Assembly (NCBI GenBank): GCA_951406725.2
Contig: OX597833.1
Coordinates: forward strand, 50,716,001-50,780,000
DNA length: 64,000 nt
Direction of reading: 5' to 3'
From: Octopus vulgaris
Lineage: Eukaryota
Positions 39,755 through 55,800 of this stretch are shown here, piece by piece. The stretch's first letter is position 1. Each line of letters begins with the position of its first letter. The notes under the pieces are model-generated. The model was not told where the DNA came from, searched no databases, and saw only the letters and a list, made by a program, of their open reading frames with translations. The translations under genes were made by a program, and so were the position numbers.

Positions 39755-42665
39755 TAACAACGACAACAAGAATAATAATAATAACAATAATAATACTAAC
39801 TGCACTAGAAGCCAGTAACGAAGAATGAAAAGCTTATTGTAAGGATAAACTATTTGAAGGTGATCGAAGCTTTTCTCTGATGGAAATAAGAGACATGATG
39901 GGAGGAAATTAATATATATATTTACTGACAGGTCATTATCTCTACGACAAATGGATGAATAATTTAGATGCACGTCATCTAATCCTTAAACTTTGGAGGA
40001 CATATGACTACGTATGTATGTATGTATGTATGTATGTATGTATGTATGCATGTATATACGTGTGTGTGTATGTGTGTCTATGTGTGTACACACGCGCACT
40101 CCCACATACACCTCTGTATTCATATAGTTGTATATGCATCAAACATTTTCTCTCCCTCCTCTCTCGATCTATTTATACCTGTATTTGTATCAACACATAC
40201 GCCAGCAGATGTGTATCCAATACAGCTTAAAATCTGCACTGAATTAGCGCACACAATACACGATGTAGAGTAAATCATTTACTTAACGTGGAATCTTTTA
40301 CACGCTAACGAAAAGAAAGAGGTCTTTAGAAGTGCACGCGCACAAAAGTGAGCTTTCAACACCGATTTGGTAAAAATTTATACACATACATATATACATA
40401 CATAAACACATACATACAGTTTTAAGTAATGCACATATATATATATATATAAAGGAATATCAAAAATGGGAAAAGAATGCAAAACATCCAGGTAGATGAT
40501 AGAAACAAAAAAGGACGGGTCATTCGGAGCTTACTTTCTTCAGTCGAGTTCCAGATTATCTTTGCAATTTCGGCTGGTTATACTCGAGATTGCTCCGATC
40601 TGGCCAACCCCAAGGAAAAACTAAGTTAAAAGCACTAGATTCCTTGGAAGAAAGCAGCGAACGTATACGAAAACAAGGGCGAAAAAAACGGAGTACAAAT
40701 CGACCCCAGGACGTGTTTTTTGTAATCCTAGTGCTTATTCTACTGGTCTCTTTTTCCGAACCGCGAAGTTACACAACATCGGTTGTCAAGCACTTGGGGG
40801 GGGGGGGGGGCAAACACAGACAGACACACACACGAACACACACACACACACACACACACATACATACATACATACAAACACAAGATACATATACACACAC
40901 ATATATATATATATACTTTATATACATATATATATCGTTGCTATTATGTTAAACTGTCGTATGTCCAAATTTAGCCAAATGTATTTTTACCAATATTTAC
41001 TTTTGTTTGCAATATCCGATTATTTTGGTCAAACTATCGTATCTCTTGTTGCCTTGAGATGCCAAAATATGAAAATTGTCAAAGTGTAGTACAACGGTTT
41101 GGCTGTAGGATGGTGAAACTAATTTTTCGTTTTTTGAAATAGCAACGTTTTGGACTTACGACACTTTTGCATAACGTATATTTATGATTAAATGTATATA
41201 CAGAGACAGAGGAGGGGAAGGAAAGGAAGGAGCCAGAGAGAGGAAGAGAGAGAGAGAGGAGGGAGATAGTGAGTGAGGGAGGGGAGGGAGAGAGTGAGTT
41301 GTGGTTAAGGAGATTGTAATAGACAGATACATAGACAGATCTCCATCGGTGTGTAGATATGTGTGCGTTTACATGCAATTGTTTATTTCTTAAAGAAATT
41401 TGAAATACAATATATTGGAAATATAATCAAATGAGAATTTAATAAAACATGCGTATGAAGTTGTCAGGTACAATAATGATCTGGAATTAAATTATAATTT
41501 AATCGGCATAGCTGTTTAGATTATTAATAAACTATTTAAGCCCAAAACTTATTTAAACTTCCAGCTTTCAGAGCTACTTAGCTAAGACAGAGGTCATCTT
41601 AGATGATAGAGTATATTCTGGGAGAGATTAATTTTATAACAAAAACCTGGTGCTTATTGTAACAAGTGAATTATTTTTGAAGAAAACACTGGCTTTCGTT
41701 GACCTTCCACCATACACACGTACACACGCAGAAACATAGAGAAACACACACAGACACACACTGACACGTACACCTTGCCAGTCGTGTTTAAAGCTCGAAG
41801 CTAGAGAATAAATCTCCGTTATTGGGAACTTAATATCTTCTCTGGAATTTACGTTCATTTTTCAATCGATCTGTGCTGAGAAATTATAACTCTCTTATAA
41901 AAGATTGATACTGACAAGATTATCGTTCGCTCTGGATGTGAATTGATCGAACAATGACCTTTAGCATCGAATTACAATCGTCGCCGTTCGTTGACCACAG
42001 ATCAATATTCGGTGTTTATCACAAGATAGCAATAATATAAAGTTATTTTAAAGTTGGATGATTTAGAAACGGTTCACTTACTGAGTAATAGTATCCTGTT
42101 GTTTTATATTTACCGTTGGAGTTTCTTTCAGTTTTAACCATATACTGACCTCTCTCTTGATGCACCGGATGTTAAAATTTACAGTAGCCTCTACATTATA
42201 CAGGTTATGTAGCGATTTACTGCATAAGGAGCCAATACGTTCGAGATTTCAGGTAAAATAACCCTGGTTATTACATTGATGGAACTAATAGCTAGATGTG
42301 GAAGGTGTATCAGTTCAAAGAAGCAGCAGATTTGCACGTTGCGTTAAGCATATCATTGTAAATTTTATTGCACCTGTTTAACTAACTGTTGTAAGTACGT
42401 ACTTGAATTTTCCCAGGTAAGTATCCTGCAATATCTCTCGAAATATCGTAAACAATAGATTCGTCTCTCACCTGATTAAGAGAGATGAGCTATAAACAAC
42501 AGGATTCATATATTCCGTGAAAGACTTATTTCTCACGGTTATTGTTTTCAAACAGTAAGAATCTCGTGAAACTTTATCTGCAATGATGCAGTTTAGCTTT
42601 AAAAACTTCTAACGCGTTATTTCCTGTGAGATATATATGTTACATATATATGTGTGTGTGTGTCT

Positions 42666-42733
<68 letters not shown>

Positions 42734-42855
42734 ATGTATATATATATCAATATATAAACATGCGTGTATGTGTGCATATGAGTGTGTATATATATATGTA
42801 TATAGAGATAGATAGATAGTGAAACGTGTGTGCATGTGAGCATATATTTAGATAT

Positions 42856-43157
42856 CACCGTGACCGACCAGGCCATCAGATGTTGTTACACATCGCTGGT
42901 CACAATGCGCTTTGCATTGTTTTAGCCTTCAAATGACGCCACCCCACTGGCTAAGCGAGCAGGCCAACAGAAGAAAGAGTGAGAGAAAGCTGTGGCGAAA
43001 GAGTACAGCAGGGATCGCCACCACCCCCTGCCGGAGCCTCGTGGAGCTTTAGGTGTTTTCGCTCAATAAACACTCACAACGCCCGGTCTGGGAATCGAAA
43101 CCGCGATCCTACGACCGCAAGTCCGCTACCCTAACCACTAGGCCATTGCGCCTCCAC
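42856..43157 (-). mobile_element. SINE family C, full length, tRNA-derived head
   Basis: Minus strand ggaggcgcaatggcctagtggttagggtagcggacttgcggtcgtaggatcgcggtttcgattcccagaccggg (A box TGGCCTAGTGG, B box GGTTTCGATTCC); 12-bp TSD atatttagatat at 42844-55 and 43158-69. Confidence 0.92.
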
Positions 43158-43174
43158 ATATTTAGATATATATT

Positions 43175-43770
43175 ATTTTATTCTTTTAAATGTTTCAATC
43201 ATTTGTTAGCGGACATGCTAGAGTATCACTTTAAGAAGTTTTAGTCGAACAAATCGACACCAGAATTTATTTATTCTTCGTGAGCCTAGTAGTTATTCTA
43301 TCGGTCACTTTGAACGGCTAAGTTACGGGGACGTAAACACAACAACATCGGTTGGCGAGCGATGGTATATATGAGGGGAGGGGAGAGAAACACAGACACA
43401 AATACATTCATAAATCCCTACATACATAAATACATACATACATACATACATACATACATACATACATGCATGCATACATACATACATACATACATACATA
43501 CATACGTACATACATACATACATACATACATACATACATACATACATACATAAATATATACATGTATATATTTCAGACTTCAATAGGCAAATACAGCAAC
43601 AAGCTTGTTCACTCAAACGTATATATACGACGGGCTTTTTTAAGTTTCCGTTTACCAAATCCATTTACAAGGCTTCGGTCGGTCCGGGGCTAGAGTAGAA
43701 GGCCAAGGTGCCACGAAACGGGACTGAACCCAGAACCATTTGGTTAGGAAGCAAGCCTTTTACAACACAG
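43175..43770 (-). mobile_element. Old diverged SINE family B copy with expanded (TACA)n
   Basis: ctaagttacggggacgtaaacac..atatacgacgggc..tttccgtttaccaaatcc..gggactgaacccagaacc. Confidence 0.8.
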
Positions 43771-43860
43771 TTTTTTTTTATTTATAGCAATAATCTGTCA
43801 ACGTGTAGACTGAATTATATATAAAGCTACAAGTTTTAATTAAGTTCGTTCAGAGTTGCC

Positions 43861-43905
43861 TCTCATTGACAAGAGGCAAAAATCTCGAAACATCGATGTC
43901 TGAGA
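43861..43905 (+). ncRNA. Decayed minimal type I hammerhead motif
   Basis: TCTCA-TTGACAA(core with 2 substitutions from CTGACGA)-GAG..CTC-GAAA-C ATCGAT G-TC-TGAGA; all three stems pair and stem III is palindromic. Confidence 0.6.
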
Positions 43906-44794
43906 TTCCTAATAGATGGCGACACTGAACGAACTGTTGTTTTCACATCAAACCGTATACCAAGAAGCTCTTCGTATGACAGCAGGGACACAGAAATTTT
44001 AACAATAATTTCATACTTACAGATTTCTGCATATACAATAACTGATAAAGATATATAACATATACAAATATATCACAGCATTCATTATATGAACATGATT
44101 TATCATGGAAGAGTTACCATTCTAACGGGTCTTTGCTGCTAAAACCTTAACTATGATTGATATGAAAGCAGCAACATTCTTTGTATGTAATACATCTATT
44201 AATCCTTTTACAAATCCTTTAATTCTTGTTTGAAACAAAGAACTATTTTGGGTATCTTTGCTTCCCGCTTTGTGATTGTATTTGTGATTAAATATAAAAT
44301 AAATCGCATTATTTGATGGCTAACTTCTCTTACGGCGCTAATATCTGTAAGGCTGAAATTTCAGAGTACTTACTTGCACAGACTAGCATATAAATTATTT
44401 CCTCCTTTAACTTGTTTTAGGCATTTTAGTGCGGCCATACTACAGCATTTCCTTCAATGGTGTTAGTCGAAGGAATAGAACTGAGTACCTGAGTTTTTGT
44501 TTTTTTTGTTTTTCTTAAGCTTTATACTTATCATACTGTCTTTGTACCGAGCTACTAAGCTACTGGGATGTAAACAAACCAACATCGTGTGTAAAGTGGT
44601 AACGAGGGTGAAAACAAATACAGACCGATAGAATAAATACCAGACTTTAAATCAAATAACAAATGCGAGTGTCGATTCGTTCGACTAAAATTCTTTAAGG
44701 CGGTTCCCCAGCATGGCCGCAGACTGTATGTATGTATGTATGCATGCATGCATGTATGTATGTATGTATGTATGTATGTATGTATGTATGTATG

Positions 44795-44825
<31 letters not shown>

Positions 44826-45451
44826 GTATGTATGTATGTATTTATATGTGTCTACGCATACATACAGGTATACATACATACGTTACAAGTCCAATTCGTG
44901 AGTGGAACAGTAAAAATATGCAAGACTTTATTCAAGTTCCAAATGTGAATTTGTCTGTGTTAACTACATCCCAGAGATGGAGTCTTGGATCTTTGTTGGA
45001 AACTGGCTCCCTCCTCAGTGGAAAATTTATAATAATTAAAAAGTAGAAGAGACATAAATAGTTATGTATTCACAGTCCGTGTCCACCTACACTGCTAGAC
45101 GACCGATATTGGTCTGTTTACGTCCCGATAATATTGGCTGGTCGCAAAACAAACTTTTGAAAGATCTACTTGGTGCGATCGTTTTGTTCGAGTCGATCGA
45201 TCAACTTCGTGCTCCAGCGTGGAGGCAGTCTTATGACTGAAAGGATTAAATAAATAAATGATGCATGCTAACAAACATGCCTGCACACACGCACGCGCAT
45301 GAATATTGAGATATTCAGAAAGAAGACACGGCGAGAATGACAGACGGGAAGATGGAGGAAATGGAGGATATAGTATTCAGATGTCTCCCAATATTCCGCG
45401 AAACTGCTGCTGTGGAATTGAACTTAAAATATTCAGGAATGTAGCATAGCT

Positions 45452-46570
<1,119 letters not shown>

Positions 46571-47434
46571 AGGTAATGCTTTTCTTTTGCTGTCTCCCTC
46601 ACCTCTTTTCACATGCTAGGAGGAATATGCACCGGATGACCTAGAAATGATATGGCAACGTTATTTTCCTTATTTTCTGTGCGTGCGTGCGCGTACGTGA
46701 ATGCGTGGTGCGCGTGTGAATGACTTTGTGCGCGTGTAACTACGTGCGCGCGTGTGCGTGTGTTTGTGCGTGAGTGTGTACCTGTGTGCGTGTTTGAGTG
46801 TGTGTATGTGTGGAAAGGGTATGTCTCGAATATGTGTGTCTGTGGTTAGAATAGGATTCTGCCGTCTGAATTAAGTAACATGCTTCATGTTATACAGACA
46901 CATGGTAGCAGCCACCGCTCAGCCTCACCCCAAACACACACATATACGCATGCGTGCGCACACAAACACACACACACACACACACATACACACACATACA
47001 CAGACACTTGTATTACATAAATACAACAATACAAACACGCATACCAACATACACACATACATACATACACACACACTTACATAATACAGACAGACACACA
47101 CGCATGTACATACATACATACATACACACACACATACATACATACATACGTACATACATACATACATACATACATACATACATACATACATGCATAGATG
47201 AATATAGTAAAATATAATTTTTAATTGACAGAATTTTACGAATGTGGCCCAAGGCCCTTCATGCACGAGATACTAGGCACAGAAGTCATTTTGTAACTTT
47301 GACTTGATTAAATTAACATAAATTCCATATGTGCGCACGCACGCGCGCGTGTGTTTATACTTCAGTACAATCACTTTTCAACGTGTTAATGTCTTAAAAT
47401 AATGCAGTTACATATATAATATATATATATATAT

Positions 47435-47478
<44 letters not shown>

Positions 47479-47612
47479 GATTATATATATATATATACTA
47501 TTTATATATATACATATATATACTTACATCCGTATATATATGATTTATATGTATATACCCATATATATAGTTTATATATATATACATCTATATACATATA
47601 TTTATATACATC

Positions 47613-47691
<79 letters not shown>

Positions 47692-48196
47692 ACATATACA
47701 TTTGCAAGTTAATAATTATCAAGTCAAGATATACCTCAATGTCTTTATTTCATTTTTCTTTGCAGTTAACTTTCGTAAACTTAAAACATATACGTGTGTG
47801 TGTATATGTATTTGTGTGTGTGTGTATGTGTGTATGTGTTTGTTATTTTGTGTAATTCTTATCGTTTTATATTTCTACGTAATTTTTACCAATATTGAAT
47901 ATGCTAAGAATATTTTCGAATAAAAATAATTTGACGCCAATGAACGTGTCACATTTCGAGGTTGGTCAAATTTTTAATTTCAGCCTGCCAATCTTACATG
48001 ATAAATGAATCACTCTCAGAACTTAAAGAGTACTTCTTATTTTTAAAAGATGAATTCCTATATCATTTTGTTTTCATACTCTCGTTTATATATAGATTTT
48101 TTTTGTTTTCTATATAGTTTTTTCTACAGTCTCAGTTGTTATGACTTCGCCAAATTTCTTTAGGTTTTACGATGCGACAATTAAACATATATATAT

Positions 48197-48251
<55 letters not shown>

Positions 48252-48345
48252 GATATATATATATGTATATATATATGGATATATATATATATATGTATAT
48301 ATACATATGTCTTTATATATATGTATATATATATGTCTAGATATA

Positions 48346-48450
<105 letters not shown>

Positions 48451-48902
48451 ATGTATGTATATTATTGGCCTGACATTTCAAACCGAGATAGAGGTCGAAC
48501 AGACATGAGCGCGTGCAATACCAAATGCACATGAAACGATGTGAGAAAAAAAGGAGATAAAAAGGCACAAAGAAAAATGTAAGTAAGCAAGGAAGAAAGA
48601 TAGAAAAGAGAAACGAGAGAGAGAGAGAGGGGGGTAGATTGCCAACTTGTTATGAAGATATAATGGATAGCGTTGGCTGTATACAATAATTTGTTTAGTC
48701 GAACTGCATGGAAAAGTAGTTTCGTGCAGGTTTTTCAAGCCTGCTCTCGTCATAACATTTAATGTCAAATTGTGAGCTAATGTAGGCGTCTGCAAATCTT
48801 GGAAAGCAGACTGAATGACTACTCACGAGTCTACAGTCAACAAACGCAGACTACAAGAAATGAAAATGAGGCGTTACTTAAACATATTTATAATCGTAAT
48901 AC

Positions 48903-48958
<56 letters not shown>

Positions 48959-48959
48959 T

Positions 48960-49122
48960 AGGCGCAGGAGTGGCTGTATGGTAAGTAGATTACTTACCAA
49001 CCACATGGTTCCTGGTTTAGTCCCACTTTGTGGCACTTTGGGCAAGTATCTTCTACTATAGCCTCGGGCCGACCAAAGCCTCGTGAGTCGATTTGGTAGA
49101 CGGAAACTGAAAGAAGCCCGTC

Positions 49123-49127
<5 letters not shown>
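48960..49127 (+). mobile_element. SINE family B 5' half
   Basis: aggcgcaggagtggctgtatggtaag..gacggaaactgaaagaagcccgtcg, then (TA)n. Confidence 0.9.
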
Positions 49128-49200
<73 letters not shown>

Positions 49201-49407
49201 CAATTTAATAAATAAAATATATGCATACATACATACATACATACATATATGTACGAAGGATAAAATGTTGAGTCGACCTCGGCGGAATTTGAACGCAGAA
49301 CGTAGTGCCAGACGAAATACCGCATAGCGTGCTAACGAATCTAACAGCTCGCCGCTTTAATACTAAAAATGGCAGTAGTAGTAGTAGTAGTAGTAGTAAT
49401 GACAATA

Positions 49408-49601
49408 ATGCAGTACCATGCAATGGCTATCATGCCTTCTGTTCTTAACTCGTCGGATATGTTATAATGTACATGTTTTGTTTTGGTATAAAAATGAGCC
49501 ACAGCAAATATTCTGTTCAGTACCACAAATTTCGTTGTCAGTTGCTTGACCATAACCATTTGAGCATGTCCCTTGGTGACTGACCCTTATCGGACGGATA
49601 G
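49408..49601 (+). mobile_element. Element D, internally deleted and diverged copy
   Basis: atgcagtacc..gttttggtataaaaatgagccacagcaaatattctg..catgtcccttggtgactgac joined to ccttatcggacggatagt; matches the reverse complement of 36012-36570. Confidence 0.75.
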
Positions 49602-49911
49602 TATGCATGTATGTATGCGTATATACATAAATCAAAGCAGATAAATTTGCATGTATATATATATGCATACATACATGCATACATACAAAAATACCCTGTT
49701 GTTGAACGAGCCTTGGACCTAGGTTGGAAAGCGGCTCTTTCTGTATAGGCAAAAAATCTTGAAATTAAACTGAATAATGACATACCTAAAATTATACATA
49801 TATACATTTATACACACAAACATGCTGCCCAGAAATAATCGGTTTCACGGAGAAAGAGGAAAAGAAATTGACGCGGATTCTCCAAATGCTGTCGATTGCT
49901 GGCTGAATAAA

Positions 49912-50148
49912 ATACCTATTTCTTTACTACCCACAAGGGGCTAAACACAGAGGGGACAAACAAGGACAGACAAACGGATTAAGTCGATTATATCAACCCT
50001 AGTGCGTAACTGGTTCTTATTTAATCGACCCCGAAAGGATGAAAGACAAGGTCGACCTCGGCGGAATTTGAACTCAGAACGTAGCGGCAGACGAAATACT
50101 GCTAAGCATTTCGCCCGGCGTGCTAACGTTTCTGCCAGCGCGACGCCT
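49912..50148 (-). mobile_element. SINE family A, full length
   Basis: High identity to the reverse complement of 63546-63775. Confidence 0.93.
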
Positions 50149-50167
50149 TAAAAAATATATATGTATT

Positions 50168-50318
50168 GGCTGAGTGGTAAGTAGCTTGCTTACCAACCAC
50201 ATGGTTCCGGGTTCAGTCCCACTGCGTGGCATCTTGGGCAAGTGTCTTCTACTATAGCCCCGGGCCGACCAATGCCTTGTGAGGGGATTTGGTAAACGGA
50301 AACTGAAAGAAGCCTGTC

Positions 50319-50380
<62 letters not shown>

Positions 50381-50583
50381 TTGTGTGTCTGTGTTTGTCC
50401 CCCAAGCATTGCTTGACAACCGATGCTGGTGTCTTTACGTCCCCGTCACTTAGCGGTTCGGCAAAAAAGACCGATAGAATAAGTACTGGGCTTACAAAAG
50501 AATAAGATTTTCTCGACTAAAGGCGGTGCTCCAGCATGGCCGCAGTCAAATGACTGAAACAATTAAAAGAGTAAAAGAGTAAA

Positions 50584-50585
<2 letters not shown>
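50168..50585 (+). mobile_element. SINE family B
   Basis: Head-to-head with the preceding SINE A; B body and tail intact. Confidence 0.93.
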
Positions 50586-50634
<49 letters not shown>

Positions 50635-51199
50635 ATATGCATGTGTATGTATGTATGTGTGTGCGTGCATGTGTGTACGTGTGTCTTTGTGTGTGTGTTC
50701 GTCCGTCACCCGTGTTGATGTGTTTACTTCACTGTATTCTAATGGCTCGACAACAGTGACCGATAGCATAAAAATACAAAAATAATAATACAAGTCCATA
50801 GGTCGATTTGTTTGACTAAAACCCGCAAAGGCGGTGCTGCAGCATGGCCGCAGTCAGATGACTGAAACAAGTAGAAGCAAAAAACAAAACAAACGTATAA
50901 CTAAATTACCTCATCAATATAAATTGGGATTGAAGACTATTATTATGAGGAATCATAATAACCGTGGTAATATGCAACGAAATATACGCTACCCACCAAA
51001 AAAAGCTTGATCTATTCAAAGGTTCCTTGATAAACATCGCAGATTTTCATTTAGATAGTTCCACAAACGAGAGCAAAATATGGATCTATTTGACATGAAA
51101 TCTAGTTTTCAGTATCGCATCTCGCATTGCAGAAGTCTTTGATGATTCAAAAGCGCTTATACAGAAAACCAACATAATGTTAGCATTATTTTAAACCAA

Positions 51200-51265
<66 letters not shown>

Positions 51266-51349
51266 TGTGCGTGTCTATATATGTATATGTATTCGCACAC
51301 ACAGTTGCAGTCATGCCTATATAGTTGTTTGGCTTTACCAATGTATTCG

Positions 51350-51399
<50 letters not shown>

Positions 51400-52314
51400 T
51401 GTGTATGTTTATCTATGTATATGTATTCACACACATAGTTGCAGTCATGCCTATATAGTTGTTTGGCTTTACCAAAGTATTCGTCTCTCATATTCCCTTT
51501 TATCTGTGTGTGTGTGTGTTTGCTAAATAGTTTATCAGATAAACATTTTCTTTTTACTGATGTATATCGCGCGCATTAATGATTCATTTACAGGTAAGAA
51601 CTATTCGTTATATGTAATTCCCGTGATGTTATATAATTTATAAAGCTCCCAATGCGTATTCCATATCATAACCATATACCAAAAAACAAAAACAAGCAAA
51701 ATCGTAGTTCCTATGCACATAGATATATCAAGGCGTACAGCACACGCAAATTCTTTGTCATTATATCGTCATATATTTTTGCGCGTGATTATATAATTAT
51801 GTTTATGAATGAGTCGTGTACGACTGCAAATACACACACATAAGTACACACAAGCACACACTCGTACACAACACACACCTACATAAAGAAATACACATCT
51901 GCAAAAAAAAAAAAAACATATTTGAATGGGGCTATGCCTGAAATGACTTATGTTAAGATGCTGGCATGGATGATGGTTATCGTTCCACTCGAGTCTGATT
52001 TATCGGTGTTATCTTCAAAATCGAACCCTTATTCCTAATTCTCATACACACGCGCGCGCACACGAACACACATTCATACACGTATAAATGTACGAATGTG
52101 TCACTGATCGCAACATTCTACGATCAACTATTTAGTTCTGTATTTCATTTTATTTATTTGTTAATACTTTATTAAGTTTTATTTTTGATTTCGTTTTCTG
52201 TTTTTGAGTTTTGTATTAACATGAATGGATTTTCTCTTTCACAGAGTTTTCATATAAACATATTATTCTTAGCTGGATTTGTACAATATATACGCCATAT
52301 GTATGTGCGGTCAT

Positions 52315-52425
<111 letters not shown>

Positions 52426-52543
52426 TGATAGATAGATATAGATAGGTAGATAGGTGGATAGATAGATAGTATATGTGTATGTATATGCTTACATACACAC
52501 ATACATAATAAATATCTACACATATGAATGTTTGTATGTATGA

Positions 52544-52736
<193 letters not shown>

Positions 52737-54215
52737 CAATGAATTCAGGGTATATCAATCAATATTTATGATCATGACAGATAAATATCGACATACTGAT
52801 TTAAACTGTGTTACACACTTTGGCACTCTGGCACACATACAAACGCATTCACACATTCTACTACACATGCGCACAGACGCTCACAATCACACACACACAC
52901 GCACACTTACTTGTATATATAAAGAGAAACAGAAAGATAGATGCATATCTTTCTGTGTGTGTGTGTGTGCGTGCGTGCTTGTGTGTGTGTGTGTGTGTGT
53001 TTGTAGTCTGCGTGATTCTGTGGTTTCGCTTGCATGTATTTCTTTGACTGTGTCTGTGCGGCCAATGTGTCGAAGAAGAATTAAAAGTGACCTAATGCAT
53101 GTTTCTGTATATGATAAGGAAATATACTCGAGCTGAACTATGTTAAATATGATAAAAGAAACCAACAAACATAAATATTGTTTTGCATATGTATATACAT
53201 ACGTTTATATACAAATATCCGTGTTAGTTCTGCTCTGTGTGTGCGTGCGAATGAATATATAAAAAAGCGTTATGGCCAAAAAATGTAATGAACGATGTAA
53301 TAAAGGATAAAAAAAACCAAACATCTGATTCGATCTCCAGCACATTCGTCCGCTTTGATTTGGTTTTCGCCTTTGTGATATTGTGGTTAATGTCGCCAGT
53401 CAAAGTTAACAATCTAAGTTCAATCGCATGGAAAAAAAGAAAAAAAAAATTGAGCAAGGAGAAAAAATAATAATAACACGAAAAGAAAAACCTTAAAAAT
53501 ATATTAAAAATATTTATAAAACCGCGTGCAAATGCCATGTTATTTTAAACCCCTTATCTGTTATCTTTCATTAAAAGTGAACAGTAAAATAAAGTTAACG
53601 GTTTTACTATGATAGATAATAGAGATACAAATGTGTTTTATGGCCCCCTCGACTCTTGATGTCGACATCAGGGACAAGCCATGGTCTATGAAATATGTCC
53701 CTTCAGAATGCTTTGCACATGTGACGTATGTTGACATACAACAAGCACTAACGACTTCTGACATAATCAAGGGGTGAAAGGTAGCTGCTTGCTGATTTAT
53801 GGTGGAGAGTAAATATCAGATCTTAATATCTTGGACGTATATTAGTTTGATGTGGTGCCCTCCTTACTCTACCATGTTTGATCGTTTCACCTCGATACCG
53901 ACACTGCATTTTTCGTGCTTGAAAATGCATATTCTCAGGGGCCCATAATACCTTATTGGGAATAGTTATAATGCCGATGAGGTCAAGGTTACGTCCATGT
54001 TACTGTTGTATTTACCATACATTTCCTAAGAATGTTTATAGTGATTTACTGCCCCAAGGAGACTGACCCGGGCTCGCCAGACTGACCTAGAACTAAAGAA
54101 TTACGATACCTCTCATGACCATATGCTCCTAGAATTCTTTTTATCTTTATGTTGTGTGATTTGTTACTTTGCAATTTACATTTTTAAGGGTAGGAATCCT
54201 TTTGAGCATCATATT

Positions 54216-54794
54216 TTTTTCATAGGTACAAGGCACGAAATTTTGAGGGAGGGGACCAGTCGAGTAGATCAATCCAAGTACGCAACTGGTGCTTAATTTA
54301 TCAACCCCGAAAGGATAAAAGGCAAAGACGACCTCGGCGGAATTTGAATTCAGAACGTAACGGCAGACGAAATACCTATATCTTTACTACCCACAAGGGG
54401 CTAAACACACAGAGAGGACAAACAAGGACAGACAAACGAATTAAGTCGATTACATCGATCCCAGTGCGTAACTGGTACCTATTTAATCAACCCCGAAAGG
54501 ATGAAAGACAGTCGACCTCGGCGGAATTTGAACTCAGAACTTAACGACAGACGAAATATCTATTTCTTTACTGCCCACAAGGGGCTAAACACAGAGAGGA
54601 CAAACAAGGACAGACAAACGGATTAAGTCGATTACATCGACCCCAGTGCGTAACTGGTACTTATTTAATCGACCCGGAAAGGATGAAAGGCAAAGTCGAC
54701 CTCGGCGGATTTTGAACTCAGAACGTAACGGCAGACGAAATACAGCTACGCATTTCACCCTGCGTGCTAACGTTTCTGCCAGCTCGCTGCCTTC
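54216..54794 (-). mobile_element. SINE family A trimer in a single TSD
   Basis: One head plus three bodies; TSD tttgag(c/t)atcatatt at 54201-15 and 54795-809. Confidence 0.92.
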
Positions 54795-55423
54795 TTTGAG
54801 TATCATATTAATTTACCAACAACATACTTGTGTGTGCGCATATGTTTTCGCGCGCGCGTGCAATACCAAGTAGATTCTGAAATGATAGCGATTTTGAAGG
54901 GTAGGTTTTAAAATAATCATGTGACAGTCAAATATTAATTTTTTAATCGAGCTGTAGAGAGAATCACACTAACGTTTTCGTTAATTAGTTTCAACTTCGG
55001 GTGTTTTTTTTTTTGTTTTTAAGTCAGTGATTAATGCTATGTGCAAAACTCACGGGAGCTAAATCTCTTTTGTAAACTCTGCCGATTAATGCATATACAT
55101 GTGTGTGTGCGTGCGCGTGTCTGCGTGCGCGCGCAGTTTGTGTTTGTGCGTGCGTTTGAGTATTTAAGTTTTTATTTTCAATCGCGACAACTTTCCGTTA
55201 AAATCCTCACATCTTTGAAAAAGGTGAACGAATTTTTATGAAACAGACCTGTAAAACAAGGCTGGAACTTTTAATCTATAGCTACAAAACCTACCCAACA
55301 AACAACACTCAGCTGTTTTTAAAAATAGAAGAAAAGATATATCAGAAAATAATGTCGCCGTAAATATTGTATTCTTGACTAAAAGACAGGATGGTCATGA
55401 CTGGAATAACATCATACCTCTAT

Positions 55424-55781
55424 ACCGGTGATTCTCAATCTTCTTTAACTACGGAATCCTTTGATTGGTATTTTATTCTGGTGGACCCCTATTGCCATTT
55501 GATGTTTAAAAACTAGTTTCTTTCAAAATCCCTATTATGTTTTACGTGCGTTTGTATAAATTTGCAATATTGCTCTCTGAAAGAACATGTTTCGGTGACC
55601 AGAAATAAGTTAAACTATGTAAAACATTAGACAAAGGACCCGAGCTGTTTCTGACAATAAGGACATCTAAAGCAAAATAAATATTTTTCATGGGATCCCA
55701 ATGTGGAAACCCAATTTGCAAATTTTCCTGCGTGGACACCCAAAGATCTTATATGAACAACAACGATCGTAAACAACACTA
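55424..55781. mobile_element. Possible old hAT-type MITE
   Basis: Left end ccggtgattctcaatctt resembles CAGTGGTTCTCAA hAT/Charlie termini; internal gtggacccc motifs; the right TIR is very decayed. Confidence 0.35.
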
Positions 55782-55800
55782 GAAATATCAACTATATTAT

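Noticed and set aside
43080-43157. Functional tRNA gene
   Set aside because: The tRNA-like head continues into a SINE body bounded by a TSD, and the acceptor stem is not properly paired.
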